DNA from: a virus
Taxonomy: Duplodnaviria > Caudoviricetes
Virus record (IMG/VR): IMGVR_UViG_2864522212_000004
Coordinates: 1-64,000 of that record
Length of the DNA: 64,000 nucleotides
Direction: 5' to 3' (one strand)
Both the position numbers and the translations under genes were made by a program. The notes below the pieces were generated by a model. That model saw nothing but the letters and a program-made list of their open reading frames with translations, was not told the DNA's origin and searched no databases. Positions 37,630-46,937 of the stretch are shown here, piece after piece. Position 1 is the stretch's first letter. Every line of letters starts with the position of its first letter.

Positions 37630-38963
37630 GCGGCCGCGAGAAACCGGATGCGCCCGGACTGTGGCGGGATGCGAACGAGAAAACGGTCGTGGCCTGCATG
37701 GAATCCGGCGAGCTCGCGATACGGGATGCGGACACCGGCGAGATCCTGTCCGCGGGACAGCTGGAACAGGCCGCACCGTTCCAGCGAACCGAATGGAAGG
37801 GGATAGACCTGACCAGGGCCGGGTTCTCCGCCATGCCCGACACGGCGGGATGCTGGAGCGACGCGAACGGCACGCTCTGGCTCATCACAGGCGGCGACGG
37901 GATCGACGGGCACATCTTCCGGCTGAAGGAAGAGGGCCGCGAATGGGAATGCGCGCCTTGTTCCGGCATCACCGTGAGGATGCTCCACGAATGGGGCCCG
38001 TGGGCACGCTGCGACTTCAATCCGAAGGATGATGAAGCCGTTCGTTTTGACTGGTGCAAGCCGTGGATCGCCGATCATGGTTGGGATGATGATATGTCCG
38101 AACCCGCATCGTCTCTGCTGGCTCGTATCAAGGAGATTCGGAAGAGTCTGCCGGAGGAGAACGGCCTGTGGAGGTTCGGACATGCCGGGTCCGGCGTCGT
38201 CTTCGGGGACGGCGGCGGGAAGCGCCTGTTCCTGTTCGATTCGGGCGGAGGTTTCCTGGACGGGGGTTTGGGCTCATGCACACGGCTCCGACTCGGCATT
38301 CCGGTCGGTTCCGCGCCGATCCCGAACCTGCCGGGCGTGTGGATGGACAAGGACGGGAACCTGTTGGCGGTGTCCGGGGAACGTCGGGTGAGGATTTGGA
38401 ACAACCATGACTGGATGGCCGAAGAGCTTGACGACGATTCCGGGGAACCGTCCGCGCATGGCCCGTACACCCGGTATTCGCTCCAAACCGTCGAAGAGGT
38501 CCCATGGAAGCCGGAATCCGGCGATTCCACTCCGATCCATGAGGGGAGCCGCACCGTGCATCTCCCGGATGTCCGATCGTTCGGCCGTCTGGAACGGGAC
38601 AAGTGGCTTGCCGTGAAGAACCTTGAGGAGAGCGCCGAACTGGTGGAGGCCTGCAAGCAGTGGCTGAAGGCCTGTGATCCGGCCGATCCGAGCAGCATCG
38701 GCGACCAGTTCGACGACCATGCGAACTGCCTCGCCTGCTACGGGGTGAACGTGGGCGGCGAACTCGGCGACGACCGGGACAAGGCGAAGGCCGGCTGGAT
38801 AGGCCATGTGCGCGACCAGCGTCGCCAAGCCATGCTCGACGAGCTCGCCGACGTGCTGCAGACGGTAGGCAACCTGATCACGGCGTTCGGCATCACCGAT
38901 GAGGAGGTCGAACGGGCGATGAGCGACTGTCTGGAACGCAACAGGCGGAAAGGACGGCTCTGA
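37626..38963 (+). CDS. Protein with repeated G-x-W-x-D-x-x-G units and a C-terminal MazG-like NTP pyrophosphohydrolase domain
   Basis: KNLEESAELVEA...LDELADVLQ...RNRRKGR; N-terminal PGLWRDAN, AGCWSDANG, PGVWMDKDG. Confidence 0.7.
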   Translation: MSGREKPDAPGLWRDANEKTVVACMESGELAIRDADTGEILSAGQLEQAAPFQRTEWKGIDLTRAGFSAMPDTAGCWSDANGTLWLITGGDGIDGHIFRLKEEGREWECAPCSGITVRMLHEWGPWARCDFNPKDDEAVRFDWCKPWIADHGWDDDMSEPASSLLARIKEIRKSLPEENGLWRFGHAGSGVVFGDGGGKRLFLFDSGGGFLDGGLGSCTRLRLGIPVGSAPIPNLPGVWMDKDGNLLAVSGERRVRIWNNHDWMAEELDDDSGEPSAHGPYTRYSLQTVEEVPWKPESGDSTPIHEGSRTVHLPDVRSFGRLERDKWLAVKNLEESAELVEACKQWLKACDPADPSSIGDQFDDHANCLACYGVNVGGELGDDRDKAKAGWIGHVRDQRRQAMLDELADVLQTVGNLITAFGITDEEVERAMSDCLERNRRKGRL

Positions 38964-39217
38964 TGGAGACCACGAGAATCTGGGATTCCCGCAACAACAG
39001 GCATGCGACGGTCGAACACGAGACGTTGAGACCATGCCCGTTCTGCGGCGGCACGCCACGAATCGACGATGATGTGGACGATACGACGGAACGGTACACG
39101 GTGCGCTGCGACTGCGGCGGGAGCATGCCGGGCCGGTACGTTCCGATCGACCCATCGTTCCAGACCCGCGTCACCTGCCTGCATTCGGCGGTCGAGAAAT
39201 GGAACAGGAGAGGCTGA
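38963..39217 (+). CDS. Lar-like (restriction-alleviation family) zinc-finger protein
   Basis: LRPCPFCGG...VRCDCG...AVEKWNRR. Confidence 0.75.
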   Translation: METTRIWDSRNNRHATVEHETLRPCPFCGGTPRIDDDVDDTTERYTVRCDCGGSMPGRYVPIDPSFQTRVTCLHSAVEKWNRRG

Positions 39218-39549
39218 TGGACTACACGGACAGCGGCTTCAGGGCCGGTTTCCGACGTGGATTGCGTGTCGCATGGGATGCGATGCGCTTCCGCCCGCTC
39301 CGGCATGAGCCGTGGCCGTCGCCGCCCATGCCGTCCCTGCGCGACCATCTGGAAGCGTACGGCGGCACCCGTATGAGCCCGGCCGATTTCGACCGGTGCG
39401 AGACGGACTGGTATCGGATGCTTGACGAACGGAACCGCATGTTCGACCGTTACCTGCTGGGCATGCGCTGCGCACGGTATGCGGTGTCCGGCATGTGGAT
39501 TATCGCGTTCGCGATTGTCGGGCTGACCCTGGTCGAAGTGTCGTCTTGA
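39217..39549 (+). CDS. Hypothetical protein with C-terminal TM
   Basis: TGATG coupling, GGAGAGG RBS. Confidence 0.55.
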   Translation: MDYTDSGFRAGFRRGLRVAWDAMRFRPLRHEPWPSPPMPSLRDHLEAYGGTRMSPADFDRCETDWYRMLDERNRMFDRYLLGMRCARYAVSGMWIIAFAIVGLTLVEVSS

Positions 39550-39554
39550 ACCGG

Positions 39555-39857
39555 TCAGAAGTTCTTCCCTCCACGACCGAACAAGGCATCGTGCGAGCCG
39601 GTGCGGGTGAGCACGAGGCACAGTTCGCCATGATCGATCCGGTAGATAAGAAGCCAGTCGCCCTCGATGTGGAGTTCGCGAAATCCGAGCCATTCGCCTT
39701 TCAACGCATGGTCGCGGTATTCGCGCTGCAATGTGTCCGCATCTTCGGCCATCAGAGTCTGGAGCGCCTTGCGCAGCTTGGCCGGGTCGTAGTGTTTTCG
39801 CTTCAGTCGCTTCCAGTCTCGTTCGAAGGTAGGCGTCCGGGATATGTCGTTAAGCAT
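39555..39857 (-). CDS. yafQ: YafQ-family (RelE superfamily) mRNA interferase toxin
   Basis: YRDHALKGEW.GFRELHI..DWLLIY...RTGSH. Confidence 0.92.
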   Translation of the reverse strand: MLNDISRTPTFERDWKRLKRKHYDPAKLRKALQTLMAEDADTLQREYRDHALKGEWLGFRELHIEGDWLLIYRIDHGELCLVLTRTGSHDALFGRGGKNF

Positions 39858-40134
39858 CGAGATCCGCCATCAGATCGTCCACGCTGCCGAACCTTTTGCC
39901 GATGCCGTTCAGCGCCTCGTGTCTCGCCTGCCTGTTTTCGGCAGCTATGACCGCTTGCCGGTAGATGCGGTAGTCGTGCGCGTTGATGATGAAATAGGTG
40001 GGTTCTCCGTTGCGGAGCACGGTGACAGGTGTATCGTCCTCAACTTTGGCGAACTCGCTGCTTGCCCCCGCATGCCCGAATTTGCTGATCGGAACGATTG
40101 TGTCCAATGGGACGGTGATCGTTTCTGCTGCCAT
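39850..40134 (-). CDS. Phd/YefM-like antitoxin
   Basis: IVPISKF...PVTVLRNGEP; tail GKRFGSVDDLMADL; overlaps the toxin. Confidence 0.8.
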   Translation of the reverse strand: MAAETITVPLDTIVPISKFGHAGASSEFAKVEDDTPVTVLRNGEPTYFIINAHDYRIYRQAVIAAENRQARHEALNGIGKRFGSVDDLMADLDA

Positions 40135-40286
40135 CGCAAACCTCCAAAAGGAATATATACATATATGTATACAAATGTACACCCATTTTGTAATATCCAC
40201 CATCCTTCCGAGAAGAGCCGGAACATTCCGATGGCGGCATCGAAATGTGGAACGCATACGGGAACCGATGCGGAAAGGAACAACTG

Positions 40287-40760
40287 ATGGACAAAATCGA
40301 TACTGAAATCCGGTTCGCCGACATGGCGGAGGAACGGTTGCGCCGCGAGGATCCGCACTATCGTGTCTGGTCGTTCACCGATGACGATGATGTGACGGCA
40401 TTGTATCTGGGCCGCGTGGACATGAACGGGGAGCCGGTGGAACGGTACGACCGGACACGTACGATTCTCGCATTCGATGGAGACAGGGTGTTTGCGAAAT
40501 GGCATGGCGGACGCCTGTTCGAGGGCGGCCGCCTTGCCGAAGCGTGGATCGACGTGTTGAGGAGAAATCGGGAAACGAATACCTTGAAAGCCCTGTTGGA
40601 TGACGGATTGGACACGTTGCAGGAACTGTTGGAGGCGATACCGCAGGACAGTCGGCAACTTTCATGCGAGGAGCTGGTGCCACGGCTGCGCAAGGCGTTG
40701 GGTCAGGCGAAGACCTGCGGGAAACTGGAGCAACAAATCAGGGATCTGGAGGAATCATGA
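40287..40760 (+). CDS. Hypothetical protein
   Basis: AAAGGA RBS; coupled to the ATP-grasp gene. Confidence 0.6.
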   Translation: MDKIDTEIRFADMAEERLRREDPHYRVWSFTDDDDVTALYLGRVDMNGEPVERYDRTRTILAFDGDRVFAKWHGGRLFEGGRLAEAWIDVLRRNRETNTLKALLDDGLDTLQELLEAIPQDSRQLSCEELVPRLRKALGQAKTCGKLEQQIRDLEES

Positions 40761-42181
40761 CCGGCTTTCTCGACCGGCTGCTGCACGCGGATAAGCCGCG
40801 ACCGTTGGACGTGGACACGGCGGCCGCCATGCTCAGGACCACGCCCGGACTATTGCGCGAGTTCGAACGCTCCTACCATGCGAACGTGCTCGACCGGAAG
40901 AATGCGCCCACGGGACCATTGGGTCCGGACGCGAAGACCGTTGTCGAATCCCGTTCCGGACACGGGCTGTCGGACGAGGCGTTGGCGTTGGATGCGCGCA
41001 TCGTGCGCGAACTGCTGTCGGATACAGGCGTCATCCGGTTCGACGGGGAGCGTCTTACGGCGGCCCCCTCATTGGCTCCCGTCCCGGAATCGTATGTGAC
41101 GGAAGCGGACGTGGACGTATTGGAGCCGGGGGAGCGCCCCCAGTTGGCGGGCGAGCTAATCCACCGTCAGATCGATACGGTGAACTATCCGCTCCTGCTC
41201 GACATGTGGCGGCATGCCACGGATCCGAAACGTTCCGCGAGGCAACGGCATGAGGCGTACGGCATGTTCCGCACCGGCCTCGACCTGCTCGACCTGGATC
41301 CGGTCATGTACCGAATGCTCGACATGAACCCGGCGAGCATAGGCCATTGGCTGCCCGCATTGGCCAAGGCGAACGAAGGCAAGACGTTCTTCCGCATCCC
41401 GAAGACCACGATAGCCAAAGCGCCGTTGACCCTGCTGCAATTGTCGCGCGTCGAATACGAGTCGCTGACCGCCGCCACCTTGGATGTGGTGGATCGGTGG
41501 GCGCAGGCCGCGTTCCGCCTGAAACCGGACGAATCTTATTTCCTCAAGACCGGCACGTTCAGCAACAAGTATGATTTCCGCAACGCGCACGTCACCGAAC
41601 CGCACGAGGTCATGCAGATCGGCGAATACCTGTTGTACCTCCAATCCCAAGCGGTCGAAATGGCCGGACCGTTGAGCCAACCTGCCACGTACGGGGTTTC
41701 CACGACGAACGAGATGGTGGTCCGCGAATACATCCCCGATACGCATGACCTGCCGACCATCTACATGGGTCTGCCGTTGCGCTGCGAATACCGGTGCTTC
41801 ATCGACTGCGACACGGATGAGCTGCTGGGCATCCACCCGTACTGGGATCCCGAAGTCATGAACAAACGGTTCCGTGACGCGCCCGACGCCTCCAATCCGC
41901 ACATGCGGCATGATGCGGTCACGTACGCGATGCGCGAACCCTCGTTGATGCGCGAATACGGGGAGTCGAAGGACCTGGTCGCCGCTCATGTCAGGGAGCT
42001 GCTGCCCGGCCTGGGCCTGGCGGGCCAATGGTCGCTTGACATCATGCGCGACGGCGACGATTGCTGGCTCATCGACATGGCGCCCGCCGAACGCAGCACC
42101 TTCTACGAACGGACGGTGCCGAAAGGAAAGCGTCGGCCGATGGTGGAGAACTGGATGCCCGAACTGGAGGGAGAACATTGA
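40757..42181 (+). CDS. ATP-grasp-fold protein (R2K/Cdc123-like)
   Basis: YFLKTG...K, MVVREYI, EYRCFI, WSLDIM...WLIDMA. Confidence 0.65.
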   Translation: MTGFLDRLLHADKPRPLDVDTAAAMLRTTPGLLREFERSYHANVLDRKNAPTGPLGPDAKTVVESRSGHGLSDEALALDARIVRELLSDTGVIRFDGERLTAAPSLAPVPESYVTEADVDVLEPGERPQLAGELIHRQIDTVNYPLLLDMWRHATDPKRSARQRHEAYGMFRTGLDLLDLDPVMYRMLDMNPASIGHWLPALAKANEGKTFFRIPKTTIAKAPLTLLQLSRVEYESLTAATLDVVDRWAQAAFRLKPDESYFLKTGTFSNKYDFRNAHVTEPHEVMQIGEYLLYLQSQAVEMAGPLSQPATYGVSTTNEMVVREYIPDTHDLPTIYMGLPLRCEYRCFIDCDTDELLGIHPYWDPEVMNKRFRDAPDASNPHMRHDAVTYAMREPSLMREYGESKDLVAAHVRELLPGLGLAGQWSLDIMRDGDDCWLIDMAPAERSTFYERTVPKGKRRPMVENWMPELEGEH

Positions 42182-42182
42182 C

Positions 42183-43791
42183 CGGTTTGGCGGCGCAAGC
42201 CCCGTCTTTTAAGGCTGGGGTAAGCCGCTACTTCTTTGATTAGTCACTGTTTCCGTGGTAAGGTTTATAGTATGAGTCAGAAGGTACGAATCATCAAAGT
42301 CAGGCATGCGGGCGCATCCGTGTACCTTGGCGACGATTCATGCCGCAACCACTGTTGGACGCGCAATCCCGAACGTATCATGGACTGGCTGTGCGATGGT
42401 TGGCGTACCCGTTTCAACCAGCATCGGGGGCATCGGACTGTCCGCCGTTACATGGAGGATATGGAGTCCCATGAGCGCATGTGGGTGGACGTTCCCTTGG
42501 GTGGAGCGACCGTCGGGGAGCCTTTCAAGGACAGCGAGGCCCGAACCCGGTGTTCTTGGCTCGCATGCATCCCCGCCGCCGTTCTCGCCAGCCCCATGCG
42601 CGTGGAGAATTCGGAATGGTATGCCGGATTGAAGCGCAAGAAGATTAATGGCGGTCGTATTCCGGGGTTCAAATCCCGCAAACGCGACCCCCAGTATTTC
42701 GTATGCTGGCGCAACCAGACCAAGACCGGCAACGCCGTCTACCATCAGGTGTCACGCAAGCGTGGCGTGGTCGTCATCACCGGAAGCGTGAAAAAGGAGT
42801 TCCGCAAGCCGGGCGAAACGGGATGCCGTTGGAGGCTCTCCATCCACGTGCGCGTCAGCCAACCCGTCAGGGATTACACGAGCGTGGCGGTGAATTGGAC
42901 GGAACGCACTCTGGCGTTCACCAACGAACCGTCGCCCATCCGACGGAATGCCACTGGCAAGCAGACCGGTATCGACCGTGGCTGCGTACACACATTGGCC
43001 TTGTCGAATGGAACCATGCTGGACATGCCGCAACCGTCCGAACGGGAGAAGCGCGAGTATCTGCGTCTGCAACGCAAGCTCGCCCGACAAGACATGACCA
43101 ACAGCCGACGTGGTGGGAAAACCGCGAAATTCCAGTCGAAACGACGCAAACTCACATTGAAGCGCATGAGTTCGATACGCCGCCGAGTCAACAACCGCAA
43201 GGACGATTGGGTTGCGAAGACCACGACCCGACTGGTCGAAGACTACGACCTCATCGCCTTGGAAGCGTTGGACACCCGGCAAATGACCCGCAAGCCGAAA
43301 CCGAAACAGGACCCCAACCATAGGGGACGCTACCTGCGCAACGGCTCGGCGGCCAAAGCGGGATTGAACCGCAGCATCCTCGGCAACCGTTGGACGGATA
43401 TCCAGAACAAACTCGAATACAAGACCCGTCTCGCCGGGACCCGGCTCATACTGGTCAACCCGGCGTACACGTCCCAGACCTGCAACCGTTGCGGCCATGT
43501 CGCATTGGAGAACCGTGAGAGCCAAGCGGTCTTCCAATGCGTCAACTGCGGTTTCAAGGCTAATGCGGACATCAACGCGGCCAAGAACATCCTCGACCGC
43601 GCGATACACACACAACCGGCATGGACGATGCCGAGGGCGTGGAGGGACACGCTTCCCGCGAAACCTGTGTTTCACGGGAAGGTTCCGTTGAAACGCCAAC
43701 CCCTGCCACACATGTGGGAAGACTCTCCGAATAGGGGATTGTCTCACATGCGACAGGAATCCCCCGGCTTTAGCCGTGGGGAGGGAGTCAA
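42183..43791 (+). mobile_element. tnpB-only (IS1341-type) IS200/IS605 element inserted in codon 2 of an ATP-grasp gene
   Basis: Target TTGAC (guide CAAG before the left hairpin); right hairpin with guide GAAT ending TCAA. Confidence 0.85.
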
Positions 43792-44836
43792 CGGCTGGCT
43801 TATCGACATCATCCCCGAGGAATGCCCGCCCGACGTGATGGACGCGCCGGAAGCGTATCGCGCCGCATGGGGACGATACGTCGGCGAGGTTGTGCCGGGC
43901 GACGGGGATCCGGAGGATTGGCGCGAACAGGCGGCGCGCCTGGAGGCCGCGGCACGTATCCTCCCGGACCCGCATGTGCGCGTGGCCGGCCGATCGTACG
44001 GGGGGCCTGACCCGATGACGCTCGCCCATTACGGCGTGGTAAGAATCAGGCCGTATATGGATCAGCTGACGTTGCCCGCCTCGAACGTCGACCGGTGGGA
44101 TCTCATCCCCGCGTTGCGCCCGTTTCTGGGACGCGACGTGCAATCCGTCCCCTGCGACGGGGATGCGATCGATGTGGCGGCGCGGGGCATGCTCGACCGG
44201 CATCCCGGTGCGGGTGTGGTCGTCAAGTTCATGCTGCGTGAGAAGCGTCTGCCGCTCGCGTTCATCGACCCGGACGGCACGTTCGAACAGTCGGACGAGT
44301 ATGGCGGGAAGCCGGAGCGTATCCCGTTCGCCGCATGGCGGTGGGCCGGCTATGACCTCGCCCTGTTCGAGGGCGAGCCGGACGCGGCGCTCGTCCAGCA
44401 GCGGGTGCGCATGCGCTACGAGTACCGGGTGCAGGTGATCGGCGGGGAACCGGTATGCGGGGCCGGCTGCATCGAACGGTTCACGCCCGCCGACAACACG
44501 GGCGAACGGTATGATCCGCGGATGGAGGAAACACGCAACGACGGGCGCATCGAATCGCACCCCGACATCGCACGGTTGTATGAGGCGTTCGCACTCGAGG
44601 CGGCGCATGCGATACGCGGCGAAGTCGAAGGCCCATACGTGATGGACCTGTATCTGGATGATGCCGGGCAGCCGCATGTGATCGAACTCAACCCGCAGTC
44701 GAACAGCGGCCTGTATGCGCTCGACATGGACGCATTGCTGACGGCGATACGGGACAATCCGGAGCAGTTCATGCCCGACCCGTCGCGGAGCGGCATGCCC
44801 GGCTGCCTGGGCGTCAGGGAGGAGAGTGTGGTTTGA
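42272..44836 (+). CDS. tnpB: TnpB fused in frame to a DUF4343-like ATP-grasp protein
   Basis: RuvC GIDRG / IALE / NADINAA, CNRC..CVNC; no stop before the right end; then EYRVQVIGGEPV, YVMDL, VIELNP..NSGLY. Confidence 0.85.
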   Translation: MSQKVRIIKVRHAGASVYLGDDSCRNHCWTRNPERIMDWLCDGWRTRFNQHRGHRTVRRYMEDMESHERMWVDVPLGGATVGEPFKDSEARTRCSWLACIPAAVLASPMRVENSEWYAGLKRKKINGGRIPGFKSRKRDPQYFVCWRNQTKTGNAVYHQVSRKRGVVVITGSVKKEFRKPGETGCRWRLSIHVRVSQPVRDYTSVAVNWTERTLAFTNEPSPIRRNATGKQTGIDRGCVHTLALSNGTMLDMPQPSEREKREYLRLQRKLARQDMTNSRRGGKTAKFQSKRRKLTLKRMSSIRRRVNNRKDDWVAKTTTRLVEDYDLIALEALDTRQMTRKPKPKQDPNHRGRYLRNGSAAKAGLNRSILGNRWTDIQNKLEYKTRLAGTRLILVNPAYTSQTCNRCGHVALENRESQAVFQCVNCGFKANADINAAKNILDRAIHTQPAWTMPRAWRDTLPAKPVFHGKVPLKRQPLPHMWEDSPNRGLSHMRQESPGFSRGEGVNGWLIDIIPEECPPDVMDAPEAYRAAWGRYVGEVVPGDGDPEDWREQAARLEAAARILPDPHVRVAGRSYGGPDPMTLAHYGVVRIRPYMDQLTLPASNVDRWDLIPALRPFLGRDVQSVPCDGDAIDVAARGMLDRHPGAGVVVKFMLREKRLPLAFIDPDGTFEQSDEYGGKPERIPFAAWRWAGYDLALFEGEPDAALVQQRVRMRYEYRVQVIGGEPVCGAGCIERFTPADNTGERYDPRMEETRNDGRIESHPDIARLYEAFALEAAHAIRGEVEGPYVMDLYLDDAGQPHVIELNPQSNSGLYALDMDALLTAIRDNPEQFMPDPSRSGMPGCLGVREESVV

Positions 44837-44930
44837 TGACGCATCCAGAACCGAAGCGGGCTCAGCTCCTCTCAGAGGACCCGTCTGCGTCCCATCGGCT
44901 CATACCTTTGACGGCGAAAGGAAAACAGGA

Positions 44931-45132
44931 ATGGCTGAACGGAACATGAACGACGATTTCGTCTATCGCAACCAGGTCGGCACGGCCATCGACCAGCTGC
45001 GCCTCGCCTTGAAAACGGCGGATACGGGGGCGGATCCGGCTGCTGAACGGCGCTTTGCAGAACACGGGCAATGCGATCGGGCAGCTCGCCCAATTCAACG
45101 CGGACGGCACGCGGCGGCCCCCACGAGAATAG
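44931..45132 (+). pseudogene. Small gene apparently frameshifted at a G5 run (~45026-45030)
   Basis: MAERNMNDDF...TADT continues plausibly as RIRLLNGALQNTGNAIGQLAQF...* in another frame. Confidence 0.4.
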
Positions 45133-45153
45133 GAACCGCGCACCCGGGCTACC

Positions 45154-45582
45154 ATGGGGATAATGCTTGATTCCATCCGCTACCGGCTGTACGCCGTCGA
45201 ATCCGAAACATCTGAACCGTCCGGCACGACGGCCCGCATCAAGCTCGAATATCGTGCCGGGAACATCACGTACGGGCTGGAACTGCGGGAACCGTTCGGA
45301 CCGGGCATCGTCGCCGACGAGGCGCGTTCGTTCGATCCCGGCAAGCCGATGGCGATGCCGCCAGTCTGGCTGCTCGTCCGCGGGGACGCGACGCCCGAAC
45401 GCGGATTGCGATGCCTGACCCTGGCCGTCACCATGCTGGATGGCGTGGATGCGGACGGGAACGTGCATGCGGGGGTCGAGGTCTCATATCCGTGCGGCCT
45501 TCCCGAGGATGCGCTGAACGGCGCCCGGTTCGCCCTGTGGGTGCTGCGCGATCTGCTGGATGGAGGAAGCCAAGAATGCTAG
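45154..45582 (+). CDS. Hypothetical protein
   Basis: 142-aa ORF with high GC3. Confidence 0.55.
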   Translation: MGIMLDSIRYRLYAVESETSEPSGTTARIKLEYRAGNITYGLELREPFGPGIVADEARSFDPGKPMAMPPVWLLVRGDATPERGLRCLTLAVTMLDGVDADGNVHAGVEVSYPCGLPEDALNGARFALWVLRDLLDGGSQEC

Positions 45583-46070
45583 ACGAGATGCTTGCCCGCG
45601 AGCTTGAGGAACATTCGTTCTGATTCCGGAATGTGCTGGAAACCGTTGTTCTCGTAGAATCTAGCTGCGGCTGAATCCACGGGATCCACTATGAGGGCCC
45701 TCGCCCCGAGTTCGGAGCTGATGTTCAAGGAACGTATGACCGCATCGTGCAACAGTTTCCTGCCGAGGCCTTCGCCTTGGAAACGTCTGTCCACGCCGAG
45801 CATGCCGAGCAGTATCATGGGCACTCGCTCGGGAACGTTCCTCTGTAGCCATCCGCCGGCGATATTGGAGCGTTCCATTGCGTGTGCGCTGAGGGAGTAG
45901 AATCCGGCGAGTTCCCCTGATTCGGCGTAGGTGACGTACGCGACGGCCGTTCCCTGTTTTTCGGCAGAACGGGATCTCGTGGACAGCCATTCATCAATGA
46001 GCGTAATGCCGCAGTCAAAGCCATCGAGCATGTCGGAGGACTCTATGCGCCGTGGTGTGGTGAATCTCAT
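45579..46070 (-). CDS. GNAT-family acetyltransferase toxin (TacT/AtaT-like)
   Basis: FDCG...WL, GFYSL, LLGMLGVDRRFQGEGLG..LL, FYENNGF. Confidence 0.92.
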   Translation of the reverse strand: MRFTTPRRIESSDMLDGFDCGITLIDEWLSTRSRSAEKQGTAVAYVTYAESGELAGFYSLSAHAMERSNIAGGWLQRNVPERVPMILLGMLGVDRRFQGEGLGRKLLHDAVIRSLNISSELGARALIVDPVDSAAARFYENNGFQHIPESERMFLKLAGKHLV

Positions 46071-46345
46071 ATCCAGTCGGGTTCCATTTCGATGAGATCC
46101 TTCGCGGCCTTCGGCATGGGTCTGTCAAGCGCCTTGAGAAATTCGTCGAATGCCTTGGAGGGCAGACGGGTGACGGTCTCCTCTTCGATATCCCGGCGTG
46201 CGTCGGTGACGAGATGGTCGATGGCCCATTGGGTTATGGAGGAGCCTTTGAGAGAGGCCGCTATATCTATGGTTTGGCGCTGTTCTGGCGTGAGGCGCAT
46301 GTTGAGGCGTGAGCTGCGTGCCGGTTCCGTAATAGTGCTTGTCAT
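46067..46345 (-). CDS. DUF1778 RHH antitoxin (TacA/AtaR-like)
   Basis: RLNMRLT...IDIAA...FDEFLKALDRP. Confidence 0.9.
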   Translation of the reverse strand: MTSTITEPARSSRLNMRLTPEQRQTIDIAASLKGSSITQWAIDHLVTDARRDIEEETVTRLPSKAFDEFLKALDRPMPKAAKDLIEMEPDWI

Positions 46346-46498
46346 ACCGTGTATTGTACGTCAACTTGACGTACATATCAATACATTGGATACGCAATAA
46401 CATCAAAGACTATTCATTTGTTCTTTGTATAGTTGGCTATCGTTTTCTGGCGTGAGGACGCCGGCCTTTAGGCCGGTGGTGAAACGCCTTTACCTTTG

Positions 46499-46915
46499 TC
46501 ATGCTGGTCGGTTCTGGTTTTCGATGTATCGTCTCAACGTGTCGAGCGGGGCACCTCCGGCGGTTCCCGCGTAGTAGCTTCCGCTCCATAGCCGTTTCGC
46601 CCGCCAGTAATGTTGGGCGAGTTCGGGGTAGTCGCGTCTCATGTACCGGCTTGACACTCCCTTCAGCGAGTTGACGAGTCGGCTGACCTCCACGGTCGGC
46701 GGGAACGAAACGAGCAGGTGGACATGATCCGTTTCCCCATTGAATTCCTCGAGCCGGCAGTCGAAGCTTTCGCATACGTCGCGGAATATCCGTTCGAGCC
46801 TGTCCAGATGCCGGTCCTCGAACACCTTGTGCCGGTATTTCGTGACGAAAACCAAATGCACATGCATGTCGAAGACACAGTGTCTTCCTTTACGTAGCGA
46901 GTCATCGTTTGTCAT
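46499..46915 (-). CDS. tnpA: IS200-family Y1 transposase
   Basis: HLVFVTKYR, DHVH, LWSGSY, YIENQ. Confidence 0.95.
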   Translation of the reverse strand: MTNDDSLRKGRHCVFDMHVHLVFVTKYRHKVFEDRHLDRLERIFRDVCESFDCRLEEFNGETDHVHLLVSFPPTVEVSRLVNSLKGVSSRYMRRDYPELAQHYWRAKRLWSGSYYAGTAGGAPLDTLRRYIENQNRPA

Positions 46916-46937
46916 GAAACCAAGTATAATTAAAGGT

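Noticed and set aside
33229-39549. Prophage
   Set aside because: Phage-like small genes but no integrase, terminase, capsid or tail genes; the context is a plasmid backbone.
42183-43791. IStron (self-splicing intron-IS hybrid) explaining tolerance of the insertion
   Set aside because: Only ~90 bp lie between the left end and the tnpB start, too little for a group I intron core.
42752-44677. 641-aa antisense ORF and other long shadow ORFs (e.g. 4898..6064, 9629..10822, 24603..25712)
   Set aside because: They lie opposite well-supported genes in GC-rich DNA and have no motifs.
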